Source: Takakia lepidozioides
Lineage: Eukaryota > Plantae > Bryophyta
Length of the DNA: 64,000 bases
Assembly: GCA_030704615.1 (NCBI GenBank)
Contig: CM060732.1
Location: 68,634,001 to 68,698,000 of the forward strand
Reading direction: 5' to 3'
Made by a program: the position numbers and the translations under genes. The notes beneath the pieces are model-generated. The model was not told the origin of the DNA and searched no databases. It was given only the letters and a program-made list of their open reading frames with translations. Position 1 is the first letter of the stretch; each line of letters opens with the position of its first letter. Positions 12,850 to 25,720 of the stretch are shown here, one piece after another.

Positions 12850-13761
12850 CTATTTGCACATACTGAGTATGTGTGTGCAGGGCAGTCTGTTGGGAGTGAT
12901 CCGGCCTATTACCCGGGACGGTCTGGTGCACATACTCGGTCTCCAGCACTTGGGCAGTCTGCCCACATGTATCGTGGGGAATTTGTTGTTCGACATTCTT
13001 GTGGCCAGTCTGCTGGACAGTCTCCCGAACTCCTTGTAAAGCCAGGACAAGGTCCCTTGCACCTCTGGCAAAAGAGTCAAAAGCAGCCTGCACTTGCTTG
13101 TCTCCCAGATCAACTCGCCCTGCAACACATGTTTATGCAAATGTGAACTTGTAATAAAAAGTTGGCAAAAGAAATTGAGCTGAAACACGAAAGTTGCCCA
13201 TAACATTTTACCTTCCAAGAGATTTCCGATGAGGCCAATGTCCTTGATTTGCCGGCACAGGCATGCTCCATCGAGATGAGCAATGACGCCGATGCGGTCT
13301 TCAGTTGGGATCCCACACCACAGGACTTTGAAGACATTGGGATTCTGCAAAACAATGTCGAATACTGCTCGCTCCATCACCAATGCAAACCAGTGCAATG
13401 CCTCATCCACCACAAACTTTTGTGAATGGTCTGTTCCATGGAGTAAGTCCATCCTCAAACTATGCAGATCCTTCATCAACTTGTTGTATGAGCGGAAATT
13501 GCCAAATTGCATCCATCTGTGTTGTAGGAAGGAAGCTGTCATGCGCTCAAAGTCCTCCTCAGTCAATCCGAACAAGTGCTTTCTTCGCACCCCAAAAATT
13601 GGATGTGCCATAGGCATATGTCTGAGGTCTTCAGGCCGTGGGTCATCCATGAGAATCAGCTGCACAAGTAGAGGCGGCGCATTTTGGTCGCTTGTGGCTT
13701 CAATGGCAACAGCAGAGGCGGCTTCTAGAACATGGTTGGCTTCCTCAATAGAAAACTCCAT
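12850..13761 (-). CDS. Unknown MULE accessory ORF; the first ~185 aa look coding and may be a 5' exon of the Ulp1-like gene
   Basis: 303-aa ORF with protein-like composition up to a probable donor (LLEG/GTAAAA near 13213). No family recognised. Confidence 0.45.
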   Translation of the reverse strand: MEFSIEEANHVLEAASAVAIEATSDQNAPPLLVQLILMDDPRPEDLRHMPMAHPIFGVRRKHLFGLTEEDFERMTASFLQHRWMQFGNFRSYNKLMKDLHSLRMDLLHGTDHSQKFVVDEALHWFALVMERAVFDIVLQNPNVFKVLWCGIPTEDRIGVIAHLDGACLCRQIKDIGLIGNLLEGKMLWATFVFQLNFFCQLFITSSHLHKHVLQGELIWETSKCRLLLTLLPEVQGTLSWLYKEFGRLSSRLATRMSNNKFPTIHVGRLPKCWRPSMCTRPSRVIGRITPNRLPCTHILSMCK

Positions 13762-13779
13762 GGAATAATTTTGCAGCGT

Positions 13780-14706
13780 AGTAATACGTCCGTGAAATCT
13801 GCAAAGTCCTCCCCATAGGGGGGCAACTCAAGCAAGGCGGGGAACACAGCTAAACGCATACCTCTGCAAACCAGCAGTTGTGGTCTGTAGCAGGTACAAC
13901 CAAAACGCCACGCTTCAGTTACGTCATTGGGGAACAGTTCGTAGACATCCTCCATCCAGACACAGCGTTCAATATCAAAAGCTCGAACGGTGTAGTCCCA
14001 GCCATGACCATACTCTTCCAGGATGCCCCTCCCACACTGCACTACCTGCCACGAGCAATTGTGCATCTGTGCAAGCATGAGCAAATTCATGTATTCTCCA
14101 CACATTTGTTTGTGAGGAATACTCGTACATGATCCCAGACCAGAGGAAGATTATCTTGTAGGAACCCCAACCATCGTTAATAACCTGCTCGACCAGCATG
14201 TGCTTGACAACTGGTGAGGATCCAGGTAATGAGGAGCCTTCGATAGGTGCTGGCAATCTAGGAAGCTCTTTCCACCTCTTGGTTATCGGGTTACACACAT
14301 AGAGAGGACTGGGGCAGAAATCCTCACAATACTTGTCTTGGACGCAGAGTAGTCCTCCAGATCCTGTCAGAATCACACATTTTCCCAGAGGAGCTGGTAA
14401 AGACGGCAGCTTGTGCCAAGTGTTTGATGGGTGATGGAACCCTATCCATTCCTGCGGCCCAGAGACCATACTGTACAGCCCAACCATAGCTGTAGGAAAA
14501 TACCAATCTTCCGTTTTCAAGGACAAACGGAGGTCGGAAAACTCTCTGGAAAAGATGTCCACTTGATTCCATGCTTTACACACGCAGAGACTGCTGGCTA
14601 AGTCATGAGCAGGAAGCCTGGAAAACACAGACTCCAGATGGTCCACATTCTCATGAGGAAAAGCTACGACGTTGTTATGGCCGTCACATTGGTTACACTG
14701 ATCCAT
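13780..14706 (-). pseudogene. F-box protein pseudogene, inverted paralog of 17960-19213
   Basis: High identity from MDQCN onward. An 11-nt deletion after AVWEG shifts the frame, and the 3' part is replaced by MULE sequence near 13780. Confidence 0.9.
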
Positions 14707-17700
14707 TCTTACAAACTGAGAACTGAGCCTGCACACAAGGCTGATCTCGGTAGTGCTGCACTGAGAATTCTTTCAAGCGGAGATAAACTGACTATGCTTG
14801 CAACAGGGATGTAAGGAGTAACACCTCAAGCAAATAAACTGAAGGGTGGAAGGCTTTCGACAAGGTGTTGTAAGCTACTTACGTCAGTATGGAGGGGACT
14901 AAAAGTGGGAAGAAAAACATGCAAAATGCAAAGTGAAGAGGATCCCTAGAGACAACTGCAATACTAGGAGCTCTAATGCGGGTGGAGAAGAGCAGAGGAT
15001 ATATATACTAGTCCTCCGCTGCCCCCGAGACTCTCCCCGTTGCTCCCGAGAGTTGCCAAACGCGTGGATTCGCAAGTGTGTGACTAACAGGCCTGTGGCT
15101 TGGACATCGATCTCCCACAATCGAGTGGCTGTGCGTAATGACGCCAACAAGTGTTCCTTTTCAAGAGATTTGGAGCAAATAGACCGGATAAGATGGTGCT
15201 GCTCTCGCCTCTAACGTGTCTGTCGACCTCCCCGGGTTCACCCTCGCCGCTCATATATTGATAAGCAAGGGAAATTAAACCTAGAATTCTTATTTGTTTT
15301 TAGAGAAAAGGGGATGGAGGCAAGTCCTGACAAAGTCCACCTCGCCTTGGTTTCCGACCTATCCCTTGCTGGCTCATTCGTGACAACGGGACAACCCCTG
15401 TGGGGACATGGTTCGCCTTATCACTAATTACTGTGTGTGTGCCCCATGGTGTAATTGGGGTTTTAATTTTTTTCCCCGAATAATTTGTAATAAATTAGCT
15501 TCTACCCCCCTGTTCTCTAAAATTAAAAAAAAAAAAAAAAAACAAAAGGGGACAGAGGCCCAATCATATTAAAAATCAGTCTTGGAAAAAATAACCAAGA
15601 ATCTTGAGAATCGAAATGGATTATTTCAACTCCAGGCGCTCTTCCCCGAGCTTCAGATCGGTGCAAGGTGCAGCTTCTCCAGAGGTTTGATATCACCTGG
15701 GGCAAGAATGGACTCCTCGGCACCCCTATTTCCGACACTGCAGTGCAATGGAAAGACTCCTTCCCCCACCAATGGGAAATCTCCAGCTGAAGGGGAGGAA
15801 CTGGACTTCAATTGGCATCACAAACGTGCAAGGGACTTTAAATCCATAGCTCAGCTCAAATTTTAGAGTTCTGCTTAAGTATTCAGGCACCAGCAGGTCG
15901 TAGATAGACATTGCAGAACTTGGTTATATTTCCCATTCTGGTCACTACTCTCAGCTCTGCATCGACACAAAGCTTCACTGCTTTTCTCTTACTCTTACTC
16001 TTAGTGTTGCATAAGGTATTCTGCAAGACAACACCCTCTCTGGTTACTCTCTAGTCTTTGGTTACTCTCTGCACTCATGGATAATATTCTCTCTTTAGCT
16101 GTTGGATTTTTTGGTCAGGGGGTGGTATCCCCACTGTAAGCCTTCACGGCCTCAGGGTGGTTATTTTTCCCACTTCTTCTAATATATTTCCAGGGCCACT
16201 GTCCCCTGTTCATTAGGAAAAAAACAAAATCAATTCGTTTTAAATAATTGAACTGGGTCCTTTAAAGAGAGCTGGCATAACTGAAAAGCCACTTCACCTT
16301 ACCCTTTCAGAAGTGGGTTCTATTCCTTTCAACTCTGAGGAGCTCTATAGCCACCCAGCGGTTTTGTTTCTGAAGCTCACAATTCATGAGGAAACTGTTT
16401 GATTATATGAGGGCATCGTTCAACTGTTTGCATTCAGCTTTGCACACTGAAAACTTTTATGCACTGTGCTTTACTTACATTTCTTGAACATCTTGTTGTA
16501 CCCATAATTGATGCGGTTTTGTTAGGCCGTTTTGAGCTTTAAAGCTAATACCAGATCCCGACTATGAACCTCCTGAGACTACACATCTCACATCATGGAG
16601 TTCATGTCAGGTCACAAACAACCATTAACTTACTGCATTATTCATAGTAGATGTTGTGCGGCCCGGAAATTTGAAAATTTTATATGCTCAAACCAGCTGG
16701 TATCACAAAATTGTTAAAATGGGACACCAATGATACCTCAACTCATGATGTCAACAAGTTTCGATACCAGAACAACACCGGAATAATATATCACATTTTG
16801 TTGCGCATTTTGTAACTATCTCCAATAGCAAACACCAAGTTGCATTAACAACATCAAGTTGTCTTTGCCGTAAATTAGGGTATGTTGATCATAAGATCGT
16901 CACCTGGGGCCTCCTTGTTAGATGCGAAGCGGCAGCTCTCACTTAATTTGATGGTGTTCATCATTTTTCTCATAGTTCCATGTGGTGCTAGGGTCAGACC
17001 GCAGGCTAATGTTTAAATGGAATTTGGATTCACCGGCACAATTGATTTTAATATCTCAACCTCTCTACAAATTAAAGACGCCATCTCATTCCAGAGTTGT
17101 TGTAAATGTAGGTCACATTGGGATTCAACATAAACTGTAGATATAACATTATTTTTGTCACTTAATCATGTGCATTGTTTCTTCTATCTTTCCAATGTAC
17201 ATTATCATTTCTTTCCTCCGAAAATCTAATATGTGGTTGAGAAGAAATTTAATTTGGGGCGAGACTTGAGACCCATTATCAGGCTGAAAAAATGAGAACA
17301 GCCCCATTTGCAAAATTTCGCTGAAAAAATGCAGATTTGATGGGGCTTCTTCTAAGTACACATGCTGGCCGGGTTGTGAAGCATATGACTAATTTTGGTG
17401 GCTAACTTATTCACATTTGGTGACTCAATATCCACATTTGCTAAAACAAATTGCCACGGTGGCTGCAACACTGCAACTTTTGGAACGAAGGGCCTTGTTA
17501 CTCACAGCCACTAGATATTTCGAGATCAATATTGGATCCACGGCCCTGTTAGTCGCAAGTGTGAGACTCTACGGGTTTGGCGATTCTGGGGAGGGAGATG
17601 CGGAGGAGAGTCTCGGGGGAAGAGTCTCGACAGCGGCGGAGGACTAGTATATATATCCTCTGCCCTTCTCAGCCGCATCAGAGCTCCTAGTTTTGCAGTT

Positions 17701-17959
17701 GTCTCTAGGGATCATCCTCACGTTTGCATTTTGCATGTTTTTCTTCCCACTTTTAGTCCCCTCTATACTGACGTTAAGTAGCTTATCGAAAGCCTTCCAA
17801 CCTTCAGTTTATTTGCTTGAGGTGTTACTCCTCGGATCCCTGTTGCAAGCATAGTCAGTTTATGTCCGCTTGAAAGAACTCTCAGTCTCAGTGCAGCATT
17901 ACCCGGATCAGCCTTGTGTGCAGGCTCAGATCTCAGTTTCTCTCGATCAGCTTGTGAGA

Positions 17960-19213
17960 ATGGATCAGTGTAACCGAACCAACGTCCACAACAATGTAGC
18001 TTTTCCTCATGAGCTTGTGGACAATCTGGAGTCTGTGTTTGCGAGGCTTCCTGCTCATGACGTAGCCAGCAGTCTCTGCGTGTGTAAAGCATGGAATCAA
18101 GTGGACATCTTGTCCAGAGAGTTTTCCGATCTGCGTTTGTCGTTGAAGACCGAAGATTGGTATTTTCCTACAGCTATGGTTGGGTTGGACAGTATGGACT
18201 CTGGGCCGCAGGAATGGATAGGCTTCCATCACCCATCAAACACTTGGCGCAAGCTGCCGCCTTTACCAGCTCCTCTGGGAAAATGTGTGATTGTAACAGG
18301 ATCTGGAGGACTACTCTGCGTCCAAGACAAGTCTTGCGAGGATTTCTGGCTCAGTCCCCTGTTTGTTTGTAACCCGATAACCAAGAGGTGGAAAGAGCTT
18401 CCTAGATTGCCAGCACCTACCGAAGCCTCCAGCTCATCACCTGGGTCATCACCAGTTGTCAAGCACATGCTGATCGACCAGGGTACTAACGATGGTTGGG
18501 GTTCCTACAGGATTATTTTCCTCTGGTCGTGGATCATGTATGAGTACTCCTCACAAACGAATGTGTGGAGAATACAGGAATTTGCTCTTGTTTCCACATC
18601 TGCACAATTGCACCCAGGTAGTGCAGTGTGGGAGGGGATGATCTACTGCATTCTGGTCGAACGGGAGGAGTTTGGTGACAGTGCATACGAAGTTAGAGCT
18701 TTTGATATTCAACGCTGTGTCTGGATGGAGGAGACCTACGCACTGCACCCGGTTGAGGCGACTGACGAGTTTTTGAGTACCAGGCCCTACCAACCACAAC
18801 TGCTGGTTTGCAGAGGTATGCTTTTAGCTGTGTTCGCCACCTTCCTTGACATGGATGAAATCAGGATGGAGGACATTGCACCTAGTGACTTACGCGACCT
18901 GTGTGGTATCTTACTGTTGAAGCTTGATCTGCGAGTGAAAGAATTCGTCTATCAAGAGATTGGCATTCCACCGAACTTGTGTGTAGCCCATCTCTACGGG
19001 TATGGTGATCTTGATCAATGGGTAGGCCATTACTCTCCAGGGGGAAACACAATATGGTTGGCAAACGAGGAGTACCTCATCAAATATGAGAATTTGGACC
19101 TTTGGGGGATTGACAACATTGGAAAGGACACCAAATTTCCCAGACTCATGGACGAAGACTACATGTTGTTCAACGACTGTGCATTCTACCCTCCCTTGAT
19201 AGCAAAACCATGA
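17960..19213 (+). CDS. F-box protein (F-box/kelch- or FBA-like), single coding exon, 417 aa
   Basis: F-box LESVFARLPAHDVASSLCVCKAWN, followed by GSGGLLCV, LFVCNPITKRWKELPRLP and YEYSSQTNVW. The ORF is uninterrupted from the ATG at 17960. Confidence 0.9.
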   Translation: MDQCNRTNVHNNVAFPHELVDNLESVFARLPAHDVASSLCVCKAWNQVDILSREFSDLRLSLKTEDWYFPTAMVGLDSMDSGPQEWIGFHHPSNTWRKLPPLPAPLGKCVIVTGSGGLLCVQDKSCEDFWLSPLFVCNPITKRWKELPRLPAPTEASSSSPGSSPVVKHMLIDQGTNDGWGSYRIIFLWSWIMYEYSSQTNVWRIQEFALVSTSAQLHPGSAVWEGMIYCILVEREEFGDSAYEVRAFDIQRCVWMEETYALHPVEATDEFLSTRPYQPQLLVCRGMLLAVFATFLDMDEIRMEDIAPSDLRDLCGILLLKLDLRVKEFVYQEIGIPPNLCVAHLYGYGDLDQWVGHYSPGGNTIWLANEEYLIKYENLDLWGIDNIGKDTKFPRLMDEDYMLFNDCAFYPPLIAKP

Positions 19214-19489
19214 CTACCGTATGTAGTTATTATGGATGCACAAACTGTGATTTTGTCAATTTCATGTACCTTCGCTTCGAAAACTGTGAAGAGGGACTTC
19301 TAGGATCTAGGTTTACTTAATCTCAGCAAAGAAGCTTTGAAAGAGGTAATCTCTTAGAGTTTGCATTTGGTACCTATCACTGTTTGGACTGACTGTTTCA
19401 GTAAACGAATTTTCCTTGTGTTATACAGCAAGTCTTGAATCAAGAGTGTGATTCTCATGTCCCTTCAGTGTGATTTCCAAGAAAGAACT

Positions 19490-20376
19490 TTCACATAGCC
19501 ACTCCATCCTCTTTCATTGTCTTTCATCTCAGACACATCATCTCACAAGGCACACCATCTCCTCAAAAGATGGAGGACAAATCTTCCGATGGAGGTTATA
19601 TTACCCACAACTAAAAGGATATGAGGTTGCACTCCATGCACATATCACAACCACTATGACCAGTTCTGTATCATTTTCCCATCTGTTCCTCCATCTCTCA
19701 TGGAGATTGAAGCCTCTAAAGCATCTCTACCACACCCTTACTGAGCATATCCTGCTTGCAATCATCAAGGTCCATGAAACTACATCTTGTTCAGCCGTAA
19801 TGTGCATCCTTTACTCCCACATGTTGTATACATGTTCACAAGGGTATTCTCTACATTAATAATATAAGACGCCAATGCAGCCTTGGTGATGTCAGAATGG
19901 ACATTTTCGCCTTTTTCCAGAGCTCCTAGGGGGGGCACACATTGAGAATGCAGGTGAATGTGACCCTGTTGGGTATCACTCCATTATGTTGCATTCGATA
20001 ATGTGGGCCTGCACTACTCTATTTCATTAAGCAGAAATATGTTTGGCTTGAATCCACTGTCAATAATGTGGGCCTGCACCTGCTTCCCCTCAGAGACGCC
20101 TTTCATGTTGATGCACTCCTGCAAGAGACAAACATAAGTGTTGCAGTAAACCCGAATGCCTTGTTCGGTCAAAATGTGCAGAGCATCTTTAAGTCGTCCT
20201 GCCTTATGCAGTGTCCTGGCATCCCCACAAGAACCAGCAGACTTCTTACTGATTCCCTTTCTTGGTCCTCTATAAAAAGCAGTGGTGAAGGTGGAGGTGC
20301 TACCCCAGCTGCCAGTGTGATCTGCACACACGACTGTGCCTGATTCAACCCCGCCATATGGCATGACTTTAAACAC
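19490..20376 (-). pseudogene. PLS-class PPR pseudogene
   Basis: AGRLKDALHIL...NTYVCLLQECINMKGVSEGKQVQAHII, then frameshifted GVIPNRVTFTCIL, NTLVNMY and DVVSWTLMI, with E-motif-like remnants. Confidence 0.85.
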
Positions 20377-21612
20377 TAGTTATACCAATTTAAACTAAGA
20401 CATGACAAAATATATCAGAAACATCCTAGAATCCGTAAAGACTTCCAAATATAAGGACAGGCTTCTAATCTGATGATAGACTATCACAGTCACCTACTTT
20501 GAGGATTGTCACAGTCCTGTTGTATTATGGTGAACCAGTCTCTACATTAACAGTGTATGAACAAGGTAACCACCCAACCTAGAATCCTCTTCTTGCCACT
20601 TGCTAAGGAGTATTCTGCAAGTCCTGTAGCAATCTATGTTCCCAGCCTTGCTCTTCTAGGACAGGCCTGTATCTCCTCAGAGATCAGGTCCTCCTAAATA
20701 CCCCCCGAGGACTCCCCCCCTTTGGTATTCCCTTGCTTGCTAACCCAAGGCCTGACCCTTGGACTTTGCCATTCTGACTGTTCACCTCCCCTTGCTTAGT
20801 CATATGTCTCTTCAGTTTCTGATATGACTTTCTATTTTCAGCCTTGGTTAGCCACTAACCTAGTCTGTGACAGGATAAACTGGTCCAATGCAATCTTTTG
20901 CAAGTGGGTATCTTCCAGCCTTGGATCATCGTAAGAAAAATACCTTGTGGTATTTTCTCCCTGGAGCTAAATTGACTCCATCGAGAATCCAACCATCACC
21001 AGACTGTGCTTCATCTTGTAAACACAGAGGGTGCTCAATCCAATGTACCACCTTCGTGCCCTCAGGTGCAAAATCTGGCGATTTCCGGACTTTCCTGGGG
21101 ACATCAGCAGTGGCACAGAGGACCCATAGCTTCAACCACAGCCATGTATAGACCAGGCTACAACCACCAAGCTCCACAATCATCGCTTCAAACAACAAGA
21201 CACAATTTTGAGCAAAATGATTTTGGCATTTATTACTGCCGATCAACAAGTTTCTTATCCCCAAAGTTAACCACTACGGCAGGGTGACAAGTGTTAGCTA
21301 CTATTGATCAATGCAACTTGCCTCCTCAACTCAGAGAAAAATCTCTGTTCTGCTTACCCTTGGACTGAAAGAAGATTGAGTAACAAGAGACAAAGCCTCA
21401 CCTTCGGAGACATGTTGTCCCACCATCGCTAAGGATATGACATGACATCCGGCGAAACCCCTTCTATCCTGAGTGCTTGGCCTGCCTGCAAACACCACTT
21501 AAGACATCTTCATCACCTCCTAATTGAAGCTGCCCAGGGAATGGTAGAGTAGGCACACAAAAAAATTAAGCTCCCTCACTCTGTATCTCTCTCTCTCCCA
21601 CTCTTAATTCCT

Positions 21613-21825
21613 CGTCCTGGGTACTCTCACCAGAGAGACGCCCTCTTCAAATCCATCAAGGGAATTGTGCCTGTACCTCTGTTTACCAACTTTGAAAGTC
21701 TCCAGGCTGAGCCAAAAGCCCAGGCCCTTTTGGGGCCTAGTTATTGGGCAAACCACACAAAGCAGATTGATGCTTGTGTGAAGGAATTTCTAGAGGATAT
21801 CTGGAAAAATCGGATCAATTGTCTG
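21613..21825 (+). mobile_element. Non-LTR retrotransposon 3' fragment (same family as 24961-25386)
   Basis: HQRDALFKSIKGIVPVPLFTNFESLQAEPKAQALL...FLEDIWK matches the ORF at 24961-25386. Confidence 0.75.
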
Positions 21826-22660
21826 TTCCAATGGCTGACGGAGACCATGGTAGACAAGTGTATGAGTTGCTGTTCCTTTTGCCACTCAATTTCACTAGGC
21901 TATCTGCTGAAGCCTAGAGATCGGGCCTGAAATTGTTCCCACCATGTTGAAAAGCATTGGAAGAGGATGGGCAAGCTGCTTCTCAAGTTTTGGGAAAACC
22001 TTAGCACATGATACATGGTGCTGCATGATGGTAGACGGGTGTTTCACAAGTCCTCCAACAGTGCACCATCACATCTTGTGATCGTGAGTTGCTGGAAAGC
22101 CTGCTACAAGCAAGTGCCCAGATTTGTCTTGCTCAATGGCAGTCTCCAGTTATTGTACTGTGATCATTGAATGGCCTTGAGGACCGCTGGCATGATTGTG
22201 GACATCACCGGGAGAAAGTGATGTGTATCTTCCAACCTGACACCCAATGCTAAATGACAAGTGCATTCAAATAATCATAGAACATATCAAACATTAGAAC
22301 ATAATGTGCCAGTAAGCCTAATAGATACCAACCTACTCACATACTAACCTGGAATGAAGAAAAAAGGCACCAGTGGGCATGAACTGTGCATACCTTGCTC
22401 ATGTTATTGACATCAGTTCACAAGCATTTCAGACTGTACTGACCTCCTTGCTACGCCCCCCTCCTTGCCTAATCGTCCCTACATTGTGATAGCATCGCAG
22501 TCAAATCCACAAGTAGCAGAAAGTACAAGGCTACAGAGGTAAGGCTGGAATGAACATCATACTTGCTAGTTTAATGTCAATGCCCGCCAACACTCAATTC
22601 TCTGTCACTGGATTGCGGGGTTCAGTGCTCTGATGATTTTCAGTTGAGATCCATACACAC

Positions 22661-22834
22661 CTGCATGGCTTCTTCGTTCTCCTTGCGGCTGGATGCCGTT
22701 TCAGTCTTCATCTTCTTCGCTTTGTGCCCACAGTCGATTAGCCCCAACAATGCCAGTGGCTTCTTGTCTTGGCTGAGCTCTCTAACTGCTTGCCTCACAC
22801 CAGGACATGATGGCAAGATAAGCTGCCATTGGAC
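22661..22834 (-). CDS. Candidate internal exon, possibly of the trihelix gene
   Basis: AG/GT-bounded 174-nt open frame (VQWQ...KPLALLGLIDCGHKAKKMKTETASSRKENEEAMQ). Linkage to the trihelix exon is unproven. Confidence 0.3.
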
Positions 22835-24454
22835 CTGATGCGAATGGCCAACAACAAGTGTTGACAAAGAGGGTCCCCAACCACAGAAAGTTTCCAAGTT
22901 GAACAGGATGAAACACAGGAGGCCCTCCACACAAGGCTCAGAAAACACGGTATCCTCATGATCTGACAAGAAGGCAGAGGACCAAATCACTAGGAGGCTG
23001 GAGATAGATGAGTGTAGTAGGGGATGGATGCTCAAGCCAGCCTCTTCCAAAGTAAACTCAGCAGATCCAGCATGATGACCTACCTCCCTCTCCCTCTTCC
23101 TCCTCTTCTCCCTTCCTCCCCAATGCCAGCTCTGACATGATGAAGTCACCACCATTTATGCGATGATGAGGCGGAAATCGAAAGTGACCTACTGAAGAAG
23201 ACTAATGATTAGCTGACTACTGAATCCACAGTCTTCTCCTTGAGCAATGACTTCAGACGAATCCATGGAACACTGCAGAAAATACAAAGCCGATATGCCT
23301 TTGGATAACTAATAAATTGCTCAAATACATCTTCACTTCACCACCATGGATCCATTAGCACATTTTGACACAAACCACGGCACCCCTCTATTTTTCTTCC
23401 ATGCTTTGACTAAGCAAGGCTCTTGTTGAGAGTTCGAAGTAGCCATGGCAATGGAGGCGGCTCCTGATCTTTGGACACAATCAACATGCTCGGCATTGAC
23501 TGCACCTGAAAGGAACAGGAAATGGTATGTGGGTAATATAGTTTTTACTAGGCCTCACGGTTGATGACGGGGGATATTAGTAAAAAGATTGTGCATCTTT
23601 ATGTAGTTGATCACATTGTCGGATGTCAGATATTTCACTGAGAGCCCCCTTGCCATGTTCCGCCTGCAAAGCATGCATGAGAGTCAGTTTCGCTGACTTA
23701 TCTGATATTGACCTACCCAACACAACCACAGCTTCATGTCACATTTTTTAGGGTCCAAAGATGAATACCTGACTTTCGTGGAACTGATGTCGTTATGAAT
23801 AAGCTCATCCACAATCAAAATATGTCTCTGCACACCAGAAAACACTTTAGACAGTTGTCAGAGAGCTACCACCCTGAGATGTTTTCCAAACAAAAGCAAA
23901 GAGGTATTTAACAAATCACAATGGCAAATCAAACTCCAACAAATGACGCTCAACAAGAGAAGATTGATCTTGTACACAGAACACATAACGCAATCTAGTA
24001 GAACTTCGGGTGAAGAGACACCATAACGCTTTGGCTGGAGTCCACCTTCTATTTTACAGAATATGTACCGAAAATATCACTGGTGAGGCTAATTCTGGAT
24101 TAAGTTCTGAAAATTCAAAAAACATTAATACACAAAGTATGGTCACATGCTGTACTGGCCCATAAAGTGGACTAGCCCAACTAATAGGAAATTAAACCCT
24201 TGACTGTGCTTTGAAAAATTTTGGGTACAAATTTTACTTTCAACTCTGCAAATTCCTTGTTGTGATCCCCAAATTGAGCTGTCCAGGACGTGTGAGACCC
24301 AAAACAGGTTGCATTAACCTTCAAACATTTCAAAAGTTTGCTTGAGCTCACATGTCAACCTTACCACACATCCACCAGGAACATTCGCTGACTGGTTTGA
24401 AAAAAGAATTGAAGTGAAGGCTGACTCACTCGGTTGTTAAAAAGGATGTCATGT

Positions 24455-25720
24455 TCAAAAAGCAGTTGCCGGGTGTCCTTCCCATCCCTGCAAATGCACA
24501 CTACACCATGCTCTTGTAGCAGTGCCCGCACCTATACATTCCAGAGTCACGTCAGTCTTAAGCCTATGGCAAGCCAACATTCGCAGGGAACAGGATGAAT
24601 ACATTCTCAGTCCCATGAGTTTTGAGGTGGCCATCTGTTTATTGTTCAGAGGTAAGCTCCCCACCCTGAGTTTGAATTTCAGTCTACTGCCGTGGGTAGG
24701 TAGGCCTTCAGATCACCTTACGGTCCTTGCCCATGTCACAGAACTGGAAACAAGTTCAAGGAAGTATTATGCCTAACTTCATTTTCATCGGACAGTCTTT
24801 GGGCATCAGATATAGCTTTGGAGGGGGTAGCTTCATCCAGTAGGGTCTTCTGCACTATTCAGATACTTGAAAATCTCTTCTACCCTTTTCCGCCAAGACT
24901 TAGCCTGTTTAACAATGAATGCATCACGTCGAGAGCTTAAGGGAGGTAGAGAGATTGTACTCATAAGACGTTGTTTGCCGTAGCCTTGTGGCCATTGACC
25001 CCGCGCCCAGTTTGAGCGGGAACAAAAGGGACAGAACCTACCTCTGTCAGGGGCTGACGTTGGTAGTAAGACTTACCTCCATATAAAGAATTAATCCGGG
25101 TTTTCCAGATATCCTCTAGAAATCCCTTCACACAAGCATCAATCTGCTGTGTGTGATTTGCCCAAAAACTAGGCCTCAGGAGGGCCTGGGCTTTTGGCTC
25201 AGCCTCGAGACTGTCAAAGTTGGTAAACAGGGGTACAGGCACAATTCCCTTAATAGATTTGAAGAGAGCGTCTCTTTGGTGAGAGAACCCCGGACAGTGT
25301 ATCAGAAAATGAATACTGTCTTCAGATTGCCCACACAACGGGCAATTGCACTCTCCCTTTCCTCTCTGCTTCTGTTTGCTGTTCAAAGGTGCCTTCCTGC
25401 CCTGAGTTTAAATTTCAGTCTAGTGCCGAGAGTGGGTAGACCCTTGAGGTCATCCAAGATGTCCTCCCCCATGTCACAGACTGGAAACAAGTTCAGGGAA
25501 GTTTTCTGCCTAACTTCATTTTCATCAGACAATCTCATGGCAACAGACATGGCTGAGGACACTACAGCCTCTAAGTCAGATTTATCCAGCAGAGTCAAGA
25601 CTTGCGGATCCAGGTCCAGGTCCTTGAGGATCTCTTCTACTCTCTTCTGCCAGGACTTAGCCTGTTTGACAGGGCGGTCCTGTTTCCAAGATATAGAGTC
25701 GATTAACTTAGGATACTTAA
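24455..25720 (-). mobile_element. Two tandem 5'-truncated non-LTR retrotransposon ORF2 ends
   Basis: C-terminal CPLCGQSEDSIHFLIHCP zinc-knuckle. The LKFKLR segment is present twice (24660-24950 and 25400-25730). Confidence 0.75.

Larger units (their letters stand above)
5781..13779. mobile_element. Mutator-like element 1 (transposase plus Ulp1-like gene); ends not resolved
   Basis: Convergent MULE/SWIM transposase and C48 protease genes, with a shared CAGTC-rich non-coding signature. No TIR pair or TSD was found, so the boundaries are approximate. Confidence 0.7.
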
